Part shown: in pieces, positions 14,301-25,370 of the stretch | How the letters are laid out: each line of letters begins with the position of its first letter | Position numbering within the stretch: the stretch's first letter is position 1 | NCBI RefSeq assembly: GCF_028641065.1 | Contig: NC_073396.1 | Coordinates: forward strand, 558,001-622,000 | DNA from: Leucoraja erinacea | Lineage: Eukaryota | DNA length: 64,000 nucleotides | Direction: 5' to 3' | Translations under genes and position numbers: made by a program | The notes under the pieces: model-generated | Told to the model about the DNA's origin: nothing | What the model saw: only the letters and a program-made list of their open reading frames with translations | Databases searched by the model: none

Positions 14301-17300
14301 GCAGCCCACATCTAGCACTAATACAGTACATAGAACGGTGCAGCACAGGGACATGCCCTTTAGCCCACAACGTCTATGACAAACATCATGCCAAAATAAA
14401 TTAATGTAATCTGCCTGAACATAATTCATACCGCTCCATTCCCTGCACATCCACATGCCTATCTGATAGCATCCATGGACTTGTTTTAAAGTGTATTTTC
14501 CTTTTCACTCTGATAGAATTTATATATAATTTATTAATAATTCATGTATTTGTGTGTTGTCTGTGTACCTGTAATGCAGCTGCAAGAGATGTTCATTGTA
14601 CCTGTACCTCAACGTACTTGTACCTGACAATAAACTCCACTTGAATGAATGAATACATTGTCACATGTGACAAGTCCCAGTGAGATTCTTTGCTTGCATG
14701 CCCAAGGTATGCAAAGAGTCACCACACAAAGGGCACTGAGAAAGTTACACGGCTGGTCCTCCTTTGAATGAGCTGCCGAAAAAGGTGATCGAGGCGGGAA
14801 CAATAACAATATTCAAGAGATAGCTGGATAGTACCTTAATGAATATGAATATGGAATTGAGGGCCAAGAATACAAGCGGATGGGATAAGTATAGAAAGCC
14901 ATAAAGATTGGTAGAGAGAAAGGGATTGAAGGGGATGTTTCTGTGCTGTAAACCCCTATAAAACCAAGGCTCATCTCTACAATGCAAACCCTAACATAAA
15001 AAGACATTACCTGAGCTGCGTGACCTTTGACATCAAAGTAAATTGTCATGTTGGTTTTGAGAACTTCTACAAGAGCTTCCCTCAGTGTTGGGATCTTCTC
15101 ACCCAGATACTTCTTGCTGCAATAGAAAGTACCGGAATAATTACCAGGATATAAACACTGAATTGCTGGACTTTATTCTGAATTTGGCAAACTCATTGCC
15201 AAAACCAAGTTATGCTGTCTATCGGTTTAATTATCTTATAAAGAGAGTTAATAATCTATACATAACTAAAACTCTGATCTTGTGCTCTTCCGGTTTTGCG
15301 TTTATTTCCTATTTGGGCAAAAACGGTATGTGATACACTACGATTTTTTGCCACCTTACTCACCATTCTCCTGTGCTTCAGGGGCAACAAATTTTGTTCA
15401 GATTTATGGTATATTTAAAAGTTATTAAGGTTTAAAAATCTTTAAAACCGTGCATGCGCAGATTGGTCCCCTCTCCTGTCTGTCGCTGGGATGGCGACGT
15501 CCCTCCCTGCACCATCCCCGCGCTGATTGGCCTTGTCCGCTGTCAGTCACGGGCGGCACCTGACTCACCCGGTGAGGAGAATATAAAGCTGAAGGAGCGG
15601 AGTGAGCATCACTAACGCTCCACCGGCTGGAGCTGCGTTTGCAGGCACCTTCGTGGTGCCGAGCGGCCGAGCCCACGTCACGGCCTCCGTGGTACCTAAC
15701 CGCTGGCGCTGTTGACCGCTTTGTCCAACCCGGGCTTCTACTCGCGAGGCCCTGGCCGGGGTTCCACGCGCCGATCCAGGAAGCACTGAGACCGCGGCGG
15801 TGAGGCCACGTGATGATGAGGCCACGGCAGCTGTGGGGCCTCATGGCTACGGAGCCGCGGTGGGGCCTTGCCGAATTTCAAAATCCGTGGAGAAATCTAT
15901 CTCTGCCTCTTTTTTCATTTTTTTCCTGTGTCATGTCTGGAGGGGGGAATACTTATAAACAACAATAGTTTATTGTCACGTGTACAGTGAAGAGCTTTTG
16001 TTGTGTGCTAACCAGTCCGCGGAAAGACAATACATGATTACAATCGAACCATTTACAGTGTATAGTACATAAAAAGGGAATAATGTTTAGTGCAAGATAA
16101 AGCCAGTAAAGTCTCCAATCAAAGATAGTCCGAGGGTCACCATGAACTAGATAATAGTTCAGGGCCACTCTCTAGTTGTGGTAGGATGCTTCAGTTCCCC
16201 GATAACAGCTGCGAAGAAACTGTCGTGGTAAATCTGGTCGTGTGCGTTTTCACACTTCTATACCTTTTGCCGGATGGAAGAGGAGAGTAGAGGGAGTGGC
16301 CAGGGTGCGACATCCTTGATTATGCTGCTGGTCTTGCAGGCAGCGTGAGGTATAAATGGAGTCAATGGAAGAGAGGTTGGTTTGTGTGAATGGTCTGGGC
16401 TGCGTCCACAATTCGCTACAATTTCTTACGATCTTGGATGGAGTTGTTCCCAAACCAAGCTGTGATGCATCTCGATAAAATGCTTTCTACAGCGCATCTT
16501 TACAAGTTGGTAATGACATTTGGAACCAACATTTGAGATGTTCCGCAATATAAATGTCACCACAGTGGCAGGAGCATTGCAGCAGAGTTCCACAATAAAG
16601 TCCTGACTCTTCCAGACAAGCTCATGTCAGAAAAATGCCTCATGTGAGCCAACAGCAGACTGTGACCACACAAATTCCAGATTACACAGTTACACAGCCC
16701 ACATCATTCACTGTAACTCTTCTAAGATGCTGCATGGAATGGAAGGGGATTTTTTTAAATCCTAAGGCTTCTTTTAAGTACCTGCAATCCATTTAGATAT
16801 TTTAAAAATAATTGAAATCATTAATATTGCCAATAATAACAATATTATTATTAAAATAATATTGCATTCAAATAAAATAATGTAATGTTATTGTCACTGA
16901 TTTTGGGCACTATATGTAAAGTGGTATCTGTGACAGCAGTGATTACACTGTGATTAGACTAGTCTGTGTGACACTGATTATTACTGTAGTCTGTGTGATG
17001 TACACTGTGATTAGACTGTAGTCTGTGATGTACACTCTGATTACGTACTGTAGTCTGTGTGATGTACACTGTGATTAGACTGTAGTCTGTGATGTACACT
17101 CTGATTACGTACTGTAGTCTGTGTGATGTACACTCTGATTAGACTGTAGTCTGTGATGTACACTCTGATTACGCACTGTAGTCTGTGTGACACACTCTGA
17201 TTACGCACTGTAGTCTGTGATGTACACTCTGATTACGCACTGTAGTCTGTGTGAGTACACTCTGATTACGTACTGTAGTCTGTGATGTACACTCTGATTA

Positions 17301-20300
17301 CGCACTGTAGTCTGTGTGATGTACACTCTGATTAGACTGTAGTCTGTGATGTACACTCTGATTACGCACTGTAGTCTGTGTGATGTACACTCTGATTAGA
17401 CTGTAGTCTGTGATGTACACTCTGATTACATACTGTAGTCTGTGATGTACACTCTGATTACGCACTGTAGTCTGTGTGATGTACACTCTGATTACGCACT
17501 GTAGTCTGTGTGATGTACACTATGATTACGTACTGTAGTCTGTGCTTTGCTGCTGGGTCCAGTTTCCGGACATCTTCGAAGGTCAAGTGATCTAGAGAGC
17601 CGGTACCGTCCGTTGTGCGGTCCACAGTGCTATCGTGCATCAGAATAGGGACCCCATCTGAAGTGAACTCGACATCAAACTCCACACCAGTAGCGTTATT
17701 TTCAGCAGCCTAGATAAAGAGTATAAACAGTATGTCTCATGGTATTCATTAGATCACGTATGCAGTCAACGAGGAAGTATTGTAACGTTGAAACTGCCGA
17801 GAATGTCAATTTTACCGTAAATTCCATAGTTTCTAACGTGGAAATACAGTTTTAACTAAATAATTAGATTTAATTATTTAATACTTAGCTGGACATTGTA
17901 ACACCTTTCACTGCAAGCCTTGAATGGCAATTTCAAAACTAATTTAAGTCTTTCAATGTATTGGATTCCTGATCGAAACGTGTATAAAGAAACTGCAGAT
18001 GCTGGTTTATACCGAAGATAAGACACAAAGTGCTGGAGTAACTCAGTGGGTCAGGCAGCATCTGTGGAGAAAAAGGATGAGTTATGCTTCAGGTTGGGAC
18101 CTTTCTTTGAAGGCTCCCTACCCGAAACATCAGCTATCCTTTTTCTCCAGAGATGATGCCTGAACTGCTGAGTTACCCCAGCACTTGTGTCTATCTTCCT
18201 GATCAAAATGTTCCTTAAATTTAAAGAACAACTTATTGGAAACTATACAAAGCCTAACAAGCAGAAACCAATTGTCCCAGTTAATTTGGTTGCGAAATTG
18301 AGGATTTTGTGCCTGAAAAGGATTGCAGTCTCACTGTATGCACCCTTCTCCATCAACCAGTCTGCTTTGACTTGACTTGACTTTAGAGCTACACATCATC
18401 ATCAGTCAACACTTGTCAACACCTCTGACAGCAGTGCTGCACTCACCTCAGTGGAGTGAAGCTAACCCACAGGACCATTATGTTATGTTCACTCCAGAAC
18501 CAAGTCCACTCCAGCCTCCGTTGTTAAGCTGCAGAAGGTGCTTGGAATGCACCAAATCAAAGGCCAGGTCCACATCCCTGTTGAGAACAGGCTTTGCAGA
18601 CAGACCATTCTGCAGCGGTACACAACACTGCCTCATCACAACACTGCCCCGTCACAACACTGCCCCATCACAACACTGCCCCATCACAACACCATCACAA
18701 CACTGCCCCGTCACCATCACAACACTGCCCCATCACAACACTGCCCCGTCACAACACTGCCTCATCACAACACTGCCCCATCACAACACTGCCCCGTCAC
18801 AACACTGCCCCATCACAACACTGCCCCGTCACAACACGGCACCGGTACACAACACTGCCCCGTCACAACACTGCCCCATCACAACACTGCCCCGTCACAA
18901 CACTGCCCCATCACAACACTGCACCGGTACACAACACTGCCCCGTCACAACACTGCCCCATCACAACACTGCCCCATCACAACACTGCCCCGTCACAACA
19001 CTGCACCGGTACACAACACTGCCCCGTCACAACACTGCCCCATCACAACACTGCCCCATCACAACACTGCCCCGTCACAACACTGCACCGGTACACAACA
19101 CTGCCCCGTCACAACACTGCCCCATCACAACACTGCCCCGTCACAACACTGCCCCATCACAACACTGCCCCATCACAACACTGCCCCACCACACCACTGC
19201 ACCGTCACAACGCTGCCCCGTCACAACACTGCACTGGTACACAACACTGCACCGGTACACAACACTGCACTGGTACACAACACTGCACCGGTACACAACA
19301 CTGCCTCATCACAACACTGCCTCATCACAACACTGCCCCATCACAACACTGCCCCGTCACAACACTGCCCCATCACAACACTGCCCCGTCACAACACTGC
19401 CTCATCACAACACTGCCCCATCACAACACTGCCCCATCACAACACTGCCTCATCATAACAAACAGATGAAGATTCATTACCACCTTCAGCTTCTTGGGAC
19501 CTCATTGAAACTTCCCGAATAGTGAAAGGCCTGGATAGAATGGATGTGGAGAGGATGTTTCCACTAGTGGGAGAGTCCAGGACCAGAGGGCAGAGCCTCA
19601 GAATTAAAGAACATGCCTCCAAAAAGGAGACGAGGAAGAATTTCTCTGGTCAGAAAGTGGTGAATCCGTGGAATTCATTGACCCAGAAGGCCGTGGATGC
19701 CAGGTCAGTGGATATTTTTAAGGCGGAGATAGATAGACAGATTCATGATTGGTATGGGTATCAGGGGTTATGGGGGGCAGGCAGGAGAATAGGATTCAGA
19801 GGCAAAGATAGATCAGCCATGATTGAATGGTGGAGCAGATGATGGGAGGAATAGCCTAATTCTGCTCCTATCACATGAACTTATGAAAAGGGCCTTTGAA
19901 GATCAGGTCCTCAAACCCAATCCAATGCCTCATTGTCTACTGGGTAGCAGTGATTCCCCATCGGTATGCTGAAGAGATGTGGGCATCTTCAGAGCACTGG
20001 AGATGTGGGGTTCCTGTAAAATCCCCCAGACCCGCCAGCAGAATACCTGCATCCTATCCCGGGCTAAATCCCCAGCATAGAGGCTCCAACGTTGCCCCCA
20101 ATGGCAGGTCACCTCACTCACCCCAATGGGTAAGTCAAAGTGATTGGATGCTGGTGCGGAATTCCCAAAAAGTTAATCTGCAAGTCGAATCGATAGTAAA
20201 GAAAGCAAACTCAATGCTAGCATTTATTTCGAGAGGGCTTGTATACAAATGTAACGGCAAGGCTCTACAAGGCGCTGGTCGGGCCACATTTGGAATATTG

Positions 20301-22983
20301 TGAGCAATTTTGGGCACCACATCTGAGGAAGGATGTGCCGGCTCTGGAGAGGGTCCAGAGGAGGTTTACAAGAATAATCCCAGGAATGTGTGGGTTAACC
20401 CTATGATGAGCATTTGTCGGCGCTGGGCCTGTACTCGCTGGAGTTTAGAAGAATGAGGTGGGGGGGTGGCGACCTTATTGAAACGTACCAGAATAGTGAA
20501 AGGCTTGGATAGAGTGGATGTGGAGAGGATGTTTCCACTAGTGGGAGAGTCGAGGACTAGACGCCATAGAGTCATAGTCTCAGAATTAAAGAACGATCTT
20601 TTTGGAAGGAGATGAGGAGAAATTTATTCAGTCAGAAGGCGGTGAATCTGTGGAATTCATTGCCACAGAAGGCTGTGGAGGCCGTCAGTGGATATTTTAA
20701 GGAAGAGATAGATAGATTTTTGATTAGTATGGGTGTCAGAGGTTATGGGGAGAATGGGGGTTAGGAGGGAGAGATAGATCAGCCATGATTGAATGGCGGA
20801 GTAGACTTGATGGGCCGAATGGCCTAATTCTACTCCAATCACTTATGAGCTCACTCGCCCCAATGGGCAGGTCAACTCACTCGTATACAGACCAGCCAAC
20901 TGAAGCAGGGACCCTTCTCTCTGCTCCGTGCCAACAGATCACCAGCTGAGACCCACACTAGAATTTTCTCTACTTTTCCTTAAAATACGTGTGCCATCCC
21001 TACTGGCGTGTGGGTATCTCTGGCCTGTGCCTGAGGATCCCGAGACACTCGCATGCCGGCTGCAAAGACGCAAACACAGTGCACCCCCTCCCTTCACCAT
21101 CTGAAGCACCACGTCTCGGTTAACTTGTTGCATCCACTGTGGGCCTACACTGGCCTTCTTAACCACTTGGGAAGCTACAGAATGGGGGCAGCAGTAATCT
21201 TGATGGAGTGCCTCAGAATGAAACCACTTGCTGCTGCTGCTGCTGAACGAGCTCACATTCCAACCCACCATCACCCCAACACACACACAGTTTCCATCAT
21301 CGCCCTGCAGCCACCAGCCTCTTGAATACAACACACTAACCTGAGCAACTATGGTCATTTGTGGACTAGGTCTTTAGTTGAACTTTTGTTTTGCTTACCC
21401 AGTGTTACGATAGTTAATTTATTGCATTGATTATTATATACTACCTCTGTAATTACGTTTATGGGCCCGTAAAGCTGCAGCATATAAGCATTTCATTCCT
21501 TCCACCTTGATCTTTCCCCATTAAAGCTGTCTTACAAACAACTGCTTGTCATAAACAACTTGACGTTAATGTTTATTCTAACTATAAAATAAATTCTGAG
21601 GTATCTGGGGAAGGTTAACAAATGTAAGCATAACGTTGCATTTGCCCACCGGCCCCAAGTGAGGACATATGTTGGTCACTCTGCCTCACCCACCTCGGGA
21701 CAGCCACAGTGCGGACATAGATTACAAGACCTACACCAAACCAAACCCAATTAGCAGACGAGGGCATTCGATCCAATTTGTGATCCCAGCTACCAAGACA
21801 GATGTGTACAGCAATTTGTTCTTCCCCCGCACAATTAAAGCATGGAATAATCTCCACCCTACTATAGTTACCCAACCAGATGCAACTAAATTTAAGGTAG
21901 CTCTTTCTTCCCAAAAACCCTTTCTGGTTTAAGTCCTCCCTCCACCACCTCCAGTTTAAATTCCATTTGGAATATTTTGGAGAACCTAGAATAACTCAGT
22001 GTGTTCAATGTTCTAGCCAGCAGGCTGGCAGGGCAGCCACGTCAACATGAAGGAACAATTGCAAGTCAAACACTGATGCTTTTCCACTTGGAAGATGCTG
22101 CTGCAATGCCCCACCGCCAGGACACATTCACACATAGGTGCCGCTGGTCCAGGTACCGGAGACTTATATTTAAAGTTACAATTGACACACGCTGAGTCAG
22201 AGGTAGGGAGAGCCGAGCATTGAGCTGTCTAGAGCCGGGCCGGGCACTGTGTAGGGAGGAAGTGCAGATGCTGGTTTAAACCGAATAGACACAGAGTGCT
22301 GGAGTAACTCAGATGACCAGGCAGTATCTGTGGAGAGATGGAATGGGTGGTGTTTCGGATCTGAAGAAGGGTCTCGACCCAAAACATCACCCATTCCTTC
22401 TCTCTAGAGATGCTGCCTGTCCCGCTGAGTCACTCCAGCACTCTGTGTGTCTATATTCGTGTGGGTATTGACCTGTTTGAAGGCGGCCAGTGTATGTGTG
22501 TATGTATGTGTGTCCGGGCTCTGGTCCGTCTACAGCGGGGCATTGACCTGTCCGGGGCCGGGCTCTGGCCCGTCTGGAGCGGGGCATTGACCTGTCCGGG
22601 GCCGGGCTCTGGCCCGTCTGGAGCGGGGCATTGACCTGTCCGGGGCCGGGCTCTGGCCCGTCTACAGCGGGGCATTGACCTGTCCTGACCTGACCTGTGC
22701 GGGGCCGGGCATTCACTCACTCACTCACCAGTTTCAAGGCGGCCAGCGTGTTCTCTGGGGCATCGTAGCCGGCACCGCGGTGGGCGATGATGGACACACG
22801 GCCGCAGGGCCTGAGCACCCGGTGGGCGAGCTCTGTTGGGACGGGCGGGTAGCGGAACAGGTGCAGGGCAGCGAGTAGCACCAGCGCGGTGCCCGGCCCG
22901 GAGAGCGGGCGGCCCAGGCTACAGGCAGCGGCCGACAACAGTATCAACACCGCCGACAGGCCGCACAGCACGACCACCTCCAT
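8170..22983 (-). CDS. GDE1: GDE1, glycerophosphodiester phosphodiesterase 1 (6 coding exons: 22983-22729, 17709-17534, 15116-15011, 11786-11694, 11550-11342, 8314-8170; 984 nt, 327 aa)
   Basis: All introns are GT-AG with matching phases. N-terminal TM segments, GDPD motifs IAHRG..APENT, VEFDVEFTSDG, LMHD..VDRTT, IPTL, DVK and WTVN. Synteny with CCP110 and VPS35L. Confidence 0.96.
8912..9215 (-). mobile_element. Rex/Babar-type LINE 3' end with (TAAAC)n tail
   Basis: Similar to 15955-16250; microsatellite tail. Confidence 0.55.
9752..11130 (-). mobile_element. Nested CR1 LINE fragments
   Basis: RGHIIEIY...RTRDHSLKI...FF.QR.VN.WN motifs and 3' UTRs. Confidence 0.8.
11342..11550 (-). CDS. GDE1: GDE1 exon 5 (MRQADQNVITALTHRPWSLS...FLMQKNFIS)
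   Basis: Acceptor attgcag; donor TT|GTAAGT; 209 nt. Confidence 0.93.
11694..11786 (-). CDS. GDE1: GDE1 exon 4 (ASSALKEMYKEFPELYNRSIVCSFEPMVIFK)
   Basis: Acceptor tgtttttcag; donor AAG|GTATTA; 93 nt. Confidence 0.93.
12130..14150 (+). mobile_element. CR1 LINE fragments, with an inverted CR1 3' end at ~13350-13565
   Basis: RT remnants (FADDTK, YCVQFW) and 3' UTR; the inverted copy matches other 3' ends. Confidence 0.82.
15011..15116 (-). CDS. GDE1: GDE1 exon 3 (KKYLGEKIPTLREAL...IYFDVKGHAAQ)
   Basis: Acceptor ttctattgcag; donor CAG|GTAATG; 106 nt. Confidence 0.93.
15255..15950 (+). mobile_element. Probable non-autonomous Helitron 5' fragment, CpG-rich
   Basis: Begins A|TCTATACATAACTAAAACTC, a Helitron-like 5' TC terminus; no 3' CTAG end located. 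Confidence 0.45.
15955..16510 (-). mobile_element. Rex1/Babar LINE 3' fragment
   Basis: Degenerate SIDSIYTSRC and LPSGKRYRS-like coding plus 3' UTR. Confidence 0.75.
16945..17545. repeat. 32-34 bp minisatellite, 18 copies, overlapping the GDE1 exon-2 donor
   Basis: CTGTAGTC recurs at 16984...17533 with 32-34 bp spacing. Confidence 0.96.
17534..17709 (-). CDS. GDE1: GDE1 exon 2 (AAENNATGVEFDVEFTSDGVPILMHD...PAAKHRL)
   Basis: Acceptor tttatctag; donor CA|GTACGT, phase 2, matching exon 3; 176 nt. Confidence 0.93.
17980..18200. mobile_element. Fold-back Penelope-derived mini-element
   Basis: Inverted arms agacacaaagtgctggagtaactcag / ctgagttaccccagcacttgtgtct. Confidence 0.7.
18618..19460. repeat. 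16-bp minisatellite (ACAACACTGCCCCRTC)n with 18-bp variant, ~50 copies
   Basis: Direct tandem repeat; explains the three overlapping ~300-aa ORFs. Confidence 0.97.
19500..20850 (+). mobile_element. Two CR1 LINE 3' fragments (19500-19885, 20140-20850)
   Basis: KGLDR.DVERMFPLVGESRTRG motifs and 3' UTR. Confidence 0.85.
21700..21975 (+). mobile_element. LINE (L2/CR1 group) ORF2 C-terminus
   Basis: RRGHS..F......TDVY.N.FFPRTI..WN.L. Confidence 0.7.
22248..22452. mobile_element. Fold-back Penelope-derived mini-element (decayed hammerhead core 22361-22388)
   Basis: Inverted arms around ctgaagaagggtctcgaccc. Confidence 0.72.
22515..22710. repeat. 44-bp GC-rich tandem repeat, ~4 copies, at the start of GDE1 intron 1
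   Basis: GGCTCTGGCCCGTCTGGAGCGGGGCATTGACCTGTCCGGGGCCG, period 44. Confidence 0.92.
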
Positions 22984-23140
22984 GGTAGCGGCGACCCCCG
23001 GCCCGGGCGGCCCCACCTGGCCGGACCACAGGACCCGGGGCGGGGAGTGACCGGCGCGACCGGCGTCTGCGGCGATACAGTAGCCGGCGCCAAGCGGTGA
23101 GTGTGTGTGTGTGTGTGTGGGCGGCCCGGCGCTGCTGGGG
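22700..23140 (-). promoter_or_regulatory. CpG-island promoter of GDE1
   Basis: Dense CpG around exon 1; GC box ggggcgggg at ~23037-23045. Confidence 0.75.
22729..22983 (-). CDS. GDE1: GDE1 exon 1 (MEVVVLCG...IAHRGAGYDAPENTLAALKL)
   Basis: Kozak gccgctaccATGG in a CpG island; donor CTG|GTGAGT. Confidence 0.93.
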
Positions 23141-23144
23141 GCGG

Positions 23145-23770
23145 GTGTTAGTGGTACCGGGCTGGGCTGGGGGGGAGCGGGGTGCTAGTGGTACCTGGGC
23201 TGGGGTGGGAGCGGGGTGCTACTGGGTACGGGCGGGCTGGGGTGGGGTGGGTGGGGTGCTAGTGGTACCGGGCTGGGGTGGGGTGGGAGCTGGGGGGTGC
23301 TAGTGGTACCGGGCTGGGGTGGGGGGTGCTAGTGGTACCGGGCTGGGGTGGGGTGGGGGAGCGGGGTACTAGTGGTACCGGGCTGGGGTGGGGTGGGAGC
23401 GGGGTGCTAGTGGCACCGGGCCGGGCTGGGCTGGGGTGGGGAGCGGGGTGCTAGTGGTACCGGGCTGGGGGGGGGTGGGAGCGGGGTACGGGGTGCTAGT
23501 GGTACCGGGCTGGGGTGGGGTGGGGGGGGGGAGCGGGGTGCTAGTGGTACCGGGCTGGGGGGGGGGTGGGGGGGTGCTAGTGGTACCGGGCTGGGGTGGG
23601 GACGGGAGCGGGGTGCTAGTGGTACCCGGGGTGGGGTGGGGTGGGAGCGGGGGGGGTACTGGGGTGGTACCGGCGGGTGGTACCGGGCTGGGCTGGGGTG
23701 GGGTGGGGACTGGGCTGGGCTGCTAGTGGTACCGGGCTGGGGTGGGGTGGGAGCGGGCTGCCAGTGGGGG
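23145..23770. repeat. G-rich minisatellite (GGGGTGCTAGTGGTACCGGGCTGGGGTGGGG..)n upstream of GDE1
   Basis: Repeated TAGTGGTACCGGGCTGGG with G-tracts. Confidence 0.92.
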
Positions 23771-24849
23771 GCGGGTGGGTCCGAACGCCCGGGATCAGCC
23801 TCACGTCAGTCGCCGCAACAAAGGGAGGCAGAGCAAACAATGCAGGTCCGGGAGGATCGGAGCTGATCTCCACTCCACGCTCCACACGCTGCAGCGATCA
23901 GCGGGACAGGCAGTGTTGTGCTCGGTGTTACAGCGCCCGGTACCCGGCTATACCAGGATGGCATTCAGTTGGAGAGATGCACCAGACTTGACTTACAGCA
24001 AGAGGCTGGGACTCCTTCCCTTGGAGTGTAGGAAGCTGAAGGGTGACCTTGAGTTGGACAAGATCATGTGGCCACGGATAAGTGAACGCTTACAGTCTTG
24101 TACCCAGGGTAGAGGATTCTAAAACTAGAGGGCCCAGGCTTAAGGTGAGAGGAGAGAGATTTGAGAAGGACATGACGGGGAACTTTTTCACTCGGGGTAG
24201 TCGAGTTTGGGTCGAGCTGCCAGAGGAAGCTATAGAAGCGCATACAATAAATACTTTAAAAGACATCTGGACAATCTGAAGAAGGGTCTCGACCGCAACA
24301 TCACCCATTCCTTCTCTCTAGTGATGCTGCCTGTACCTCTGAGTTACTCCAGCATTTTGTATCCACCTTCGATTTAAAACCAGCATCTGCAGTTCTTTCC
24401 TACACATTTTGTCCGCTCCACTGCGAAATCTCCAAGATATATCTACTCCTCTCTCTGGACTGATATATGGATAGGAATGGGACCAGATTGGCATGGCCAA
24501 GGTGGGCCGTAGGGCCTGTTTCCATGCTGTACAGCTCTGGTTCTGGTTATCTCGCGCAGGTCGGAGTGAGTAGAGTAGTGATTACATTTTGAAGTGGGCC
24601 TTTTTGACCAAGCTGAGGGGATCTAGTTGCTCAATCCCCTTTTTAAACGACTTAACATCGGGAGCAGCGCGTGTGTTGGGTGGTCACCTATTCAATTCCC
24701 TCATCGGCCTTGGGTAAGGGGAATATTGGTAGCAAAGTTTATTGAGATTTAGTGAGTTGATGATATAGGGACCGTTATTTTGTCTTGTTTCATGGCTGTT
24801 GCTGCTCTGGGATGACGGGAGATTTCATGGTGTGATTTTGTGAATCTCC

Positions 24850-25370
24850 TTGAGCTCTATGGTATCCCATCTGAGAGAAGTCAGCATATTAATCATGCTT
24901 GATTTGCGCTTGTATTCATTACATACAAAGCGGGCTGCTTGGTGTTGTACGTTCTCCAGGGTGATCTTGTTGTTGTTGTTGTTGTTGAAAGGATCCCATA
25001 CGGCTCCACAATACTCAGATTTGGGCCTGACTAAGGACTTGTAGGCATTCTCTTTGACGGATGTACTACATGCGTGAAAAATTATCTTGAGAAGGCCGAG
25101 AGTTCTATTTGCCGTGTTAGACACTTGATCAATATGCGTCGCCCAACTTAAATCTTTGCTTAATTCGACTCCTAGATATGGGTGATGGTCGACAGCAAGC
25201 AATGTATGGCTACCCATGTTGTATTCCGATAAATGGTTTAATCTTGTGTGAGACATGCAAGGTATGAAATTTGGTTGTATTGAATGACATCTGCCAGGTT
25301 TTTCCTCACTCACAGAGAGCATCCAGATCCTTCTGTAAGGACAAGCTGTCTTCTGTTGTTTTAATTTCTC
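24850..25370 (-). mobile_element. LINE (L2/CR1 group) RT C-terminal fragment
   Basis: YLGV..S.DLSW..HI..V...ANRTLG.L...AYKSLVRP..EY...VWDP...LENVQ..AARFV. Confidence 0.82.

Noticed and set aside
18377-19522. Three overlapping 291-381 aa ORFs (mucin-like)
   Set aside because: Translation of a stop-free 16-bp repeat inside GDE1 intron 1.
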